Assembly: GCF_009834535.1 (NCBI RefSeq)
Contig: NC_045697.1
Span: 188,001-252,000 of the forward strand
From: Camelus ferus
Taxonomy: Eukaryota
Reading direction: 5' to 3'
Length of the DNA stretch: 64,000 nucleotides
A program made the position numbers and the translations under genes. The number at the start of each line of letters is the position of its first letter. Position 1 is the first letter of the stretch. The notes under the pieces are model-generated. The model was not told where the DNA came from. It made no database searches and saw only the letters and a program-made list of their open reading frames with translations. Below are positions 50,439 to 59,460 of the stretch, in pieces.

Positions 50439-51060
50439 GCTGGGTCCTGCCGTGGGGCGCCTCCATCCTCGGGGCCGCGCAGCTGTCGGCCGACACTGGC
50501 CAGGCATCGCCACAGCCCGAGGGCACCCGGTCCGCCCCCAGCCCCGCCCCGCAGCGTGACCCCCACCCCGCCCCCAGGTCCTGCCCCAAGCGTGGCCCCT
50601 GGTTGGACCCCTCCACCCGCCCCTCGGCCCAAGCTCGAGCCCGGCTCCCGGGGAACCTCCTTCACCCGAGACTCTACCCTCTTTTCGGGCCCGGCGGGAG
50701 CGAGCTGAGACGCGAGTGGAGCGAGTTCCAAATTGCGTGGGCAGGTGGCCCAGACCCAGGGTTCCCTGAGCTCCGCTGGCTGCGACTGTGGGCAGCAGGG
50801 CTGTCTCGCTGCGGGTTAGCAGAACTGACAAAATGTCCTTAATTGCCAGGTCTTTAAAACTGTGTCCTGACAGCCTTGATGGTTAAGTGGCTCTTGACTC
50901 AAGCTGCTCACCGAGTGCGGGCGCCTGTGGGGAGACGCGGCAAACCCAGGCAGAGCGCTGCCGGCGCTGGCTGCCCGCAGGGGCCTGGGAGGGAGGTCGT
51001 CCGAGCCGGGAGACGCGGGACCTGCCCGCCTGCCGGGTGGAGGATGTCTCTGGAGGGCAC
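50100..51060. promoter_or_regulatory. Intergenic CpG island / promoter (E-box CACGTG, two opposed CCAAT boxes, GC box)
   Basis: Very CpG-dense. ccacgtgac at 50301-50309, CCAAT at 50320-50324, ATTGG at 50352-50356, GGGGCGGGGC at 50370-50379. Confidence 0.8.
50400..50438. repeat. (CGG)13 trinucleotide repeat
   Basis: Uninterrupted cgg run read directly from the sequence. Confidence 0.95.
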
Positions 51061-52549
51061 CAGCGTCAAACGGTGCTCTTCTTTGTCAGAGCAGAGTTAA
51101 ATGTTCCGAAAGGAAAGAGACTCTGCTAAGTGACGGTGTGGTCTAAAGCAAGCATCCGGAGGCAAGGCTGTGTCACCTTCTCTGTAGTGCTCAGCCCCAG
51201 CTGCTGCCTCCCGCAGGGCCGGCTGTTCCTTTCCTGGAACGTTCTCCCACCCGAGGCCCACAGGGCTCCCCACTCCTTGCTTAGGGTCTTTCTGCTCACG
51301 TCACCTCCTCAGAGGTCAAATAGCAACCCTCACCATACTCTCTGCTTAATTTCCTCCGAAGAAGAAATCACCGCTTGACTTACTACGTAATTAATTTACC
51401 TTCTGTCTCCTGCCAGTGAACCTCAGTTATCCCCAGTGCCTAGAACAGAACTCTGCATATCTCAGGGCTCAGCAGACGTCAGGAGAGCAAGTGCCTTTCC
51501 CTGGCGTCCTCGGACCCATCACCTAAGGGGTCTGCGCAACCGGTCACCGAGGAAAGACTGGCTGGGGGTCCCAGGGTGGGCAATCCAGGTCCCTGTTGCT
51601 CAGGACTGAGATGAGTCCAGGCTAGGCTGTGGTGCTGGGGGAGGGAGTGGAGGGTGATGGTGGGTGCAATTTGGGGTGTCCTTCTACAGCCCAAAGCCAG
51701 AGTTGGTGACAAAGGCTTCTGTCCAAGTTCTGAGGCAGAGGCAAGAGGGTAATGAGTCCAGGGCAGTATTCTAGGCACAGCTTAGTGGGGTGGGAAGCGG
51801 TGGTGAGGGGAGGGGGACAAGAGTGGCCTTTCTGTTCACTGAAACAGGACAGATATGGTGGAAGCTTCCTGTGCATTCCCAGCCACCAGTGTGAGGAAAA
51901 TCACAGTGACTCACCTCCCTGGAGAGAGGCCCCCAGAGATGGAGGTCAAACAAGGTCTTCCTGGGGACAAGTGGCCATGGCATCTTGGGGTGGGCCTTGG
52001 GCAGGGGCCCAAAACGGAAGGTGGCAGTGTTGTTGTTTGGGTGGGGGTTGGTGTGCCCTGGGCCAGGCCCCAGAGCCAGCAGGTCCCACAGGAGTCTCAA
52101 CGGCCTCAGCCAGAAGGGCAGGTATCACCTGCAGGAAGTGGAACACGGGGGCCTCCCTGAGGGCACAGGGAGGAGAGGTGGCCATCCAGGACAGACGAGG
52201 GCCAGGAACCTCAGGGCTGAGCATCAGTTCCCCGGTGGGCCCAAGGTGTGGCCAGTATAGTGGGACCTGGTGCAGCTGTGGGGCAGGAAAGACCCGTGAT
52301 GGGGTCTGTGCAGGTGGGAGACTTGGAGGGGTGGGGGCTCTCAGGGAGGGGCCGATCTGTGTTTCAGATGGAGACTGGGACGGACAGGGCATGGGGGCAA
52401 GTGAGGGCCGTCCCACAGGGCCCAGAGAGTGTGGATCCCTGTGGGCTCTGTCCCCCTCCCCAGGACTCCAGCTGTACCCTCCAGCACCCCGTACTCCCAT
52501 CGCCTGCCTCCCTGGGGGAGTCAGGACTCCTGAGAGAACGGCCACACGG

Positions 52550-54265
52550 CCTGAAATCACTGTGGTGTTTATTGGCTGTGATTCCATCCAGAGAGAACAA
52601 ACACAGCGGCCCCCGACATGCAGGAGGAGGCGCAGGCGCCAGGACAGACGGACAGAGGACACCCATGGTCTACACCAAGCGCGGCTGCTGGGCACCCCAC
52701 ACGCTGGGAACGGGATGCAGAGTTTCTACGAGACAGCGCTTTGTCTGCTCAGAGCTGGCTTTTTAAAGTGTGAAAACAGGAATTTTAAAACGACGTGGGC
52801 GGGAAGGAGGTGGGGCGCTTGGACGCGCTCCCGCGCCTACGACCAGAGGGGCGGCAGGAGTTAGTATTGCAGGCTAATCGTTATGGCTTCTCTAAGAGCT
52901 AGGGAGGGCCACGCCCCTGGCCCGCGACACGTGGACACAATGAACTTCTGATGTGGACAGAAAGGGCCCTGGGACCGGGACCGAGGCCAGGGGCTTTCTG
53001 TCTAGATAAAACTTCTCAAATACAGAAGACCTCATTTACCTGAGATTCAACATATTGTGATGCAAACTAAACAAGGGCCGAGGAAACAGGAGGGTTTGGG
53101 AGGCTGGCGTGGGGGTCCCCGTGGCTGTTACCCTCAAACTCTGGTTGGGTGGTCCGCCCCGGCCCCAGCTCAGGGGCCTGCACCAGCGCAGTGTCTCCGC
53201 ACAGCACATGATCCCGGGGTCTCTGGGTCACCTCCCCAGTTCTGGTTGAAGGAGTGGATCTTTGGAGGGTGAGGGCAGGGCATCCCCCCCCCCCCGCACA
53301 AAAGCAGCTCCGGACAAGACAGAAGGTGCCAACCAGGGAGGGGAGTGGGCTGGGCTCAGCTGGGCCCCCAGACTCAGGGGGAACTCGAGTTACAGGGTGT
53401 GTGAGGGACTCCGTGTGTGTGCCACAAGGGGAGAAGGGCCTGAGAATTTCCCCCTTAGCCTATTGCTTTGTGTCCCTAACTTGAGAAGAGACAGGGCCAT
53501 AGCATTCCTAAGAAGCAAAGCCTTCCAGAGGAGTGGGCCGGAGAGGGAGAGGGGAGGGCAGAGAGACAGACTGACGAAGAAGGTCGGGTGTGCATGGAGA
53601 GGTGGAGGGCAGGCGACCAGCCTTCAGGAAGATGCAGACACAGCAACCCAGGGTCAGTGCAGGAGGAGGGGTTGGGGTCCTGGCTGATCCGCAGGGGGCT
53701 GAGCCCCAGGTGCCAGCTGCTCGCCTCTCCCAGCCCCCACCCCAGCTGGCACGACGGCCCAGCCTCCCCCCACTATGGCTGTGCTCCTGAGTATGGGCCC
53801 CCGCCCACGCCCACCGACGCAGGGGTGGAGGAGGGGCTGGCCCCTTCGCTGGCCCCAGCCTCAGTGCTGCTAGGTGGGCGGTGAAGGTGGGAGGTGGGAA
53901 CCGGAAGGGGCTTCCCAGGCTCTGGGGGAGGGTCCACTCCACCGGCTGCCAGGGGAGCAGGTTGGCCAGCCCAGGGCCTCCAGCACAGAACACAGCGGCC
54001 CTGGGCAGGGGCAGAGGCGGGGGGGGGGGGGGCGGGGTGGCGGGCGCCCCTCCCTCCGTGGCGGTGGCAACGGCAGTGCGGGGAGGGGTGGGGGTGAGGG
54101 GTGGGCGGAGGGTCCCACGGCCTGAGCGGGGGAATATGGGGAGAGACCTAGGACTATGGCTTGTATTGGCGCTGGGGGTGCACTCTGCTCCCGACACCCC
54201 CTCGGGGGCCTCCGCGGAGGGCAGGATGGGGGGCGAGGGGGCGGGTGCTGTCCAGCTCTGGGGCT
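52550..54265 (-). other. CPLX1: CPLX1 3' UTR
   Basis: Runs from the stop to a minus-strand AATAAA (+ strand tttatt 52568-52573). Contains miR-135 and miR-137 seed matches. Confidence 0.75.
52568..52573 (-). terminator. CPLX1: CPLX1 polyadenylation signal AATAAA
   Basis: First canonical hexamer I found on the minus strand downstream of the stop, ~1.7 kb away. Confidence 0.7.
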
Positions 54266-54463
54266 TTACTTCTTGAACATGTCCTGCAGCGGCCCAGGCA
54301 GGTACTTGATGACTGTGTCCAGGATGCTCTCGTCCTCCTCCTCGGGCTCGTCCCCGCAGCCTGGTGGGATGGCCTTCTTGGGCCGAGTCAGGCTGCCCTC
54401 CGAATTGGCCTCCATGGCTGCCTGGGCCTCGGCCTCACGCTCCTCCTTTTTCTTGATGCCGTA
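54266..54463 (-). CDS. CPLX1: CPLX1 last coding exon
   Basis: ctgcag|TACGGCATC... encodes [65 protein letters not shown], stop TAA at 54268-54266. The YGIKKK...[10 protein letters not shown] sequence and the PCGF3 neighbourhood indicate CPLX1 rather than CPLX2. Confidence 0.97.
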   Translation of the reverse strand, partial: YGIKKKEEREAEAQAAMEANSEGSLTRPKKAIPPGCGDEPEEEDESILDTVIKYLPGPLQDMFKK

Positions 54464-55174
54464 CTGCAGGGGACAGGGCAGGCAGGGATCAGGCGGGGGC
54501 TGGGGACCCCCGAGGGTCCAGGATCCTGCCTCCAGCCCCGGGAGGGGTGCTCGCAGGACCTGGGCCAGCCGGACCCAACCTACGTTTGCAGAATGGGCTG
54601 AGAGGCCTCAAGAGGCAGCACCCATGGTTGAGAAAGGCGTCCACGGGGGCCAATAGTCATCAAGACCCCCAGAAGGAGAAATCCCCACCCAGGAGGGTGC
54701 CAGAAGGGGTGGGGAGACCCTCACGGAGAAGGTGGGGACAATGGCAAAGGCCTGGACTGAAGGGCCACCCTAGGGGGAGGGGAACTGCAGGAGAGGGAGC
54801 AAGGGGGAGGGGGAAAGTCGCATTTCTCTTGGGGAGTGCTAAGGCTGAGACCCCATGCTGCCCCTGGCTCCACCCTCCTGTAGTTCCACCTTGTAGGGCA
54901 GCTGGCACCATCCTCAGCCTGGCTTAGGTGGTGGTCCGGGAGCCCCCGGAGAGGCCCACAGGGGTGGAGAGAAGTCATTGCTCTGTGCAGCCCAGATCCT
55001 TGGTCTGGTGACATGTGGCCATGCTCCATGTCCAGTGGTCACTTCTAGGTGGGTGTGGTGCAACCCCACCTCGGTGTGCCCTCAGCAACAGTCCTGGGCA
55101 CAGCTCTACCCCTCCCCCCAATTCTGGTTTCTGTGTATGTCTCTGCCCCAGGCTTTCCCCATCTCCCCTCAGGA

Positions 55175-55470
55175 GTGGATTGAATGGTGTTGTTCCCCAA
55201 AAGTTCATGTCACCTGGAACCCAGAATGTGACCTTATTTGGAAATAGGGTCTTTGCAGGTGTGATTAAGGTAAGAGTAGAGGTGAGATCTTTCTGGGCCC
55301 TAAATCCAATGAGAGTTTCCTTGTAAGAGAAAGAAAAGGACACAGAGCGGAAAATGGAAACAGAGGAAGGGTTTGGACATTGCCACGAGCCAAAGACTCT
55401 CAGACTGCCAGAACCCCAGCGGCTAGAAAAGACAAGGAAGTCTTCTCCCTCCAGGTTTCAGGCGCCTGTG
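55175..55470 (+). mobile_element. MaLR LTR (MLT1B/C-like)
   Basis: ggattgaatggtg...cagaatgtgaccttatttggaaatagggtctttgcaggtgtgattaag. Confidence 0.75.
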
Positions 55471-56697
55471 CTTGCCAAAGCTTGCACTCACACTCACTGC
55501 CCCCACTCAGGAGAACACGTGGTGCTGGTGCAGCAGGGGAGTGACAGCAAGACACGCATGTAAGGGCAGGAACGTGTCGGTGTATGATCACGCAGAGGGA
55601 CCTCCCTGACCAGGGAAGCAACTCAGGGGGTTGGGGAGGGACTGTGTCAGAGTCCTTCCCTCTGGGGTCCAGGAAGGAGACCCTAGACCACAGGCCAGTC
55701 ACTCCACTCAGGATCAAAGTCATTCCGAGGTTAAGGCCACGCGGGGCAGACCTGAGGGTCACCTTTCTCTGCCCGGGTGGGGCTCCTGACCTAGGGCCCT
55801 TCTCAGAGCCTGCTCTGATGTGGTTTGACCAGAGTGGTCCTTGACCACTGAGACGGCAGGGCTCCACTGCACAGCCCATGGCTGAGAGGAAGCCCAGGGC
55901 AGCCAGTGACCTATGGCAACACGGCACTAAGGACTGTGAGAATCAGTAGTGTGACCAAACAACGAATAATCGGCAGTCACTCCCGCACCTGCTAGTATCA
56001 GCAGAAACCTCAGGCTGGGCCTTGAGTGACCTCAGGGGGAAGTGGGGGCCAGGTCGACTAGGACCCACCAGCTCGGTGCTGGGTCTGGCTCCAAGCTGCG
56101 GAATGGGGGCGACTGAAAGCACCAAACCTGGCAGTGCACGTGCAAACCAGAAGGTGGCTATGCAAATTAGGAAGTGCGTGTGCAAACCAGGCGGTGCGTA
56201 TGCAAATGAAACAGGTGGGCCAATGTCCTCTCCCACCTGGACCCGCTCAGTGCAGTCATGACAGTCTAGGGAGAGGAGGCTCAGCTCACCAGCCCCCGCC
56301 GAGGTGAGAAATCTCAAATGCAGACTAGGTCACCTGGAGAGCCGGGCGCCCAGAGGACGGGTGACTCTAGCCCGGCCCTCCAGCCCTCTAGCCTCCATTT
56401 GATGGGTCTCCCACCATGATGGGGCCCTGTACCGCACAGCTGGGTGAGTGGACGCTGCACCTGGAGAGGGCTGGGGGAAGTGTGTCTGGGACCCCAGGGC
56501 CAGAGAGGGCCATTGGGGAAGTCACACCTGAAGGTCAGGGTTCCCACCTGTGTGGAGCGGGAAGGCAGTGGGGGGTTACCTATGCATGCCAGGTGGAGGA
56601 GGGCTCTTCGGGGAACGGTGCGGACCTCGCGGGGGCAGGGCCTGGGGGCGCATCGGGGATGGGGGGCAGGGGATGCCCGGTGCTGAGCTGCCCGCAC

Positions 56698-56716
56698 CAG
56701 CCACCAGGGGGCGCCC
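56698..56716 (+). promoter_or_regulatory. CTCF core motif
   Basis: CCACCAGGGGGCGC at 56701-56714 matches the consensus CCASYAGRKGGCGC exactly. Confidence 0.65.
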
Positions 56717-59148
56717 CGCCCTCATGGTCGAGACAGCTGGGCAAGGGGGCAGATTTGGCGGCCACCCTGCACCACCAGGGCAGCCTCTCCTCCCACTTCC
56801 CCGAGACCTGGGGCAGGGTGGGCAGCTCTCTGATGAACTGGAGGCTCCTCGGAGGGGTGGACCAGATTCTGGAGACTGGAATGGTGAGGCCAGAAGGACG
56901 TGGGGCTCCCCGGGCTCAGGCATCCAGAACATATAGGACGCTCCTGGTCCATAAGGAGATGGGGTTGCAGGGGGTGATCAGCATCGCCCTCTCTTCCCTG
57001 CACAACCCCACGTCTGGCCGGGCGACTGCCACCTCCTTGAGGTCGGTGGCCACCCAGGAAGGGCCCCCACCCGGCAGACTCAACTCTGTGGTGTCTGTGT
57101 GCTCCCCAGCACACCCCACACTTTCCCTGTAGGCCGACTAGTCCTGCCTGCTTAGTCCCACCACAGCAGGAGAAGTGACCTGCAGGGTGGGGTGGGGGCC
57201 CAGCTCTGACCCCAGCTCTAGCAGTGACTCAGCAGACACCACAGCGCCCCCCTGGGCGGGCAAGACCAGAACCCTGGATATGCACACTGAGGCCTGGTAG
57301 GGACAAGACCTCTGTGGCTGGTGGGGCCACGGCGCCTCTGGGAGCTGGCACAGGTGAGGGGTGGCCTGGAGGGGGTTCAGAAGGTGGTCAGCCCACCCAA
57401 GGGGGCCCCAGGTGGGGAGTTGCTCGTCTAGGGAAGTAGGACCCCTGGTGAGGGGACCCCAGTGACACCAGGCTGGAGGGCATTTCCATGTGGCCACCCC
57501 AGAAGCATGTGATCCATCACCTGACCCAGGCTGGGGAAGTTTGGTGAGGGTCACCCTGCCCTCTGGCTGCCCGTGGAGCTGCAACCCCCCCACTCCCACT
57601 GGGACTCACTCTGTGACCCAAAGTCCCACCAGGTGCTCCTGAGAAAGAGACGACCCTGGAGCTGATGCCTTTTCATCACTCATTCACTAGCTCAGCAGCC
57701 AGAGGGTGGAGGACAGCGTTAGCCAATGGTAACAGCCCAGCGCAGACAGTCAAAGCTCGCAGCCAATGGGAGCAGCCCAGTGCAGACAAAGCTCCTGCCT
57801 TCCGGGGCAAGTGGGTGGGGACCAACAAACAGGTAAAAAGTATGAGTGTGTTGAAGGAGGGCAGGTGGGGGAGCAAAATAGAAGCAGGGAGGGGGTGGGG
57901 AGGGGAAGGGAGAGAGGTGCCTCTGGGAGCTCCAGGGATAAGCAGCTGTGCCAAGGCCCTGGGGCAGTGGCAAGGGGGGGGGGGATGGGGCCTACAAGCA
58001 GAGCCGTGGGGGCAGAGGTCACCATGCACCTGGGGCTGGGGCCCAGGAAGAAATGGGGGCCACTGGAGGGTTTGAAGAGAGGAGGGACGGGGGGCACTTT
58101 CACGTTAAAGATAAAATGAGCCGAGTGTGCTATCACACGAACACGCACACAATCCGCCTCTACCCGCCCCCACCTTAGCCTCGGGGCCCAGGCCGCATCC
58201 ACACCTGGGCCCCAGGAGAGTTCCCAAGGCTCTGGGTTGGGGCTCACTGGGTGCTGGGGAGGCCATCCCCACAGCCCCACACCCTGCACACCCCAGGGGG
58301 CTCCGAGGCCTGTCCACACTTTGTGACCTGTTTATGAGGCCTGAGAGCTGGAATCAACAAGTTCACCTCCCGATTCCCCACCGGGTGTCCACGTGGGGTG
58401 AAGCCATGGCCAGCTGGGTGGTTGAACACAGATGGACAGATGGACAGGCGCTCCAAACACAGCTGCTCCAGCCCTCTCCTCACCCCTCCCCTCCCCTCCC
58501 CTCCCCATCTCGATGTCTCTGCCCCTCCCTCAGCTCCCTCACCCCACCACTCCAGCCCACCTTGGACTGGCCAGAGCAGCTGCCCAAGGCCTGCCCTCTC
58601 CCGGCCTCTCTTACCCTCTGACCCAGCCGCTGGACGGACAACTGAGGCTGTGCAGTAGACATGCCCCTGCAGCACAGCTCAGCCTCCCACGCACGCCCTG
58701 CCCTGGGCCTTGGTTTCCCACCTGTGATAGGCACGAGGCTCTGGCTGCCCCGGGCACAAGGGACGGTCACCCAGGTGACTCTGGAAAAGACCGTGGTCTC
58801 CAGCTTGCAGCCATCCCGAGCCAGACCTTGCAGCCCACAGACCTGCTCCCCGCACGCCTTGTTGTTAACCTCGGAAGGTCTGAGGCCTACCATGGGTGGT
58901 CAGGTGCATCCCCCACCCAGGGCCTGCCTGTGGACCCACTGCCACAGCAGCCCTGCCTTCTCCCTCCCCCCAGGGCCAGCCTCTCCTCCAGGCACTTGGG
59001 GGCAGTCCTGGGAGACCCCAATCCCGGTGAGCCTGCGTGACAGACGTGGGCACTGGGGGCACGGGGCCTCACCATTCCTGCTCCTTCCCGTGGTGAGGCC
59101 ACCTCCTCCGGCAGCCCTGTGGGACTGTCCCGGGGGCGGGGCACCCAC

Positions 59149-59324
59149 CTTGTCGCGGATGCCCTGCCGCATGGCCTCGCGCTCCGCCTCCATCTTGGCG
59201 TACTTGGCCTTGCGCTCCTCTTCCTCCTGCCGCAGCGCCTCCTGCCGCTCCTCCTCCTTCTTGGCTGCGTCGGGGTCCTTCTCCTCATCACCCCCTAGCA
59301 TCTTCCCCATGTCCTTGGTGGCCC
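59149..59324 (-). CDS. CPLX1: CPLX1 (complexin-1) internal coding exon: accessory and central helix
   Basis: Minus-strand cccag|GGGCCACCAAGGACATG... encodes (G)[58 protein letters not shown]; 176 nt; donor AAG|gtgggt. Confidence 0.97.
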
Positions 59325-59413
59325 CTGGGCACAGGAGGGCACCAGTCAGCCAGGCCCCAGCTCTGCAGCCTGCCCCACCCGCCCCGTCCCTTTTCTGTCC
59401 CTGGGCAGCGCGG

Positions 59414-59416
<3 letters not shown>

Positions 59417-59458
<42 letters not shown>
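59417..59458. repeat. (TG)21 microsatellite followed by a degenerate TG-rich tract to ~59580
   Basis: Read directly from the sequence. Confidence 0.95.

Positions 59459-59460
<2 letters not shown>

Noticed and set aside
49593..50708. 371-aa + strand ORF (and overlapping 245-aa - strand ORF) across the CpG island
   Set aside because: Non-ATG start, low-complexity Pro/Arg/Gly/Ala sequence, open in several frames because GC-rich DNA lacks stops; no recognisable domain.
51752..52864. 370-aa + strand ORF overlapping the CPLX1 3' end
   Set aside because: No recognisable homology, composition typical of GC-rich noncoding DNA, antisense to a 3'UTR.
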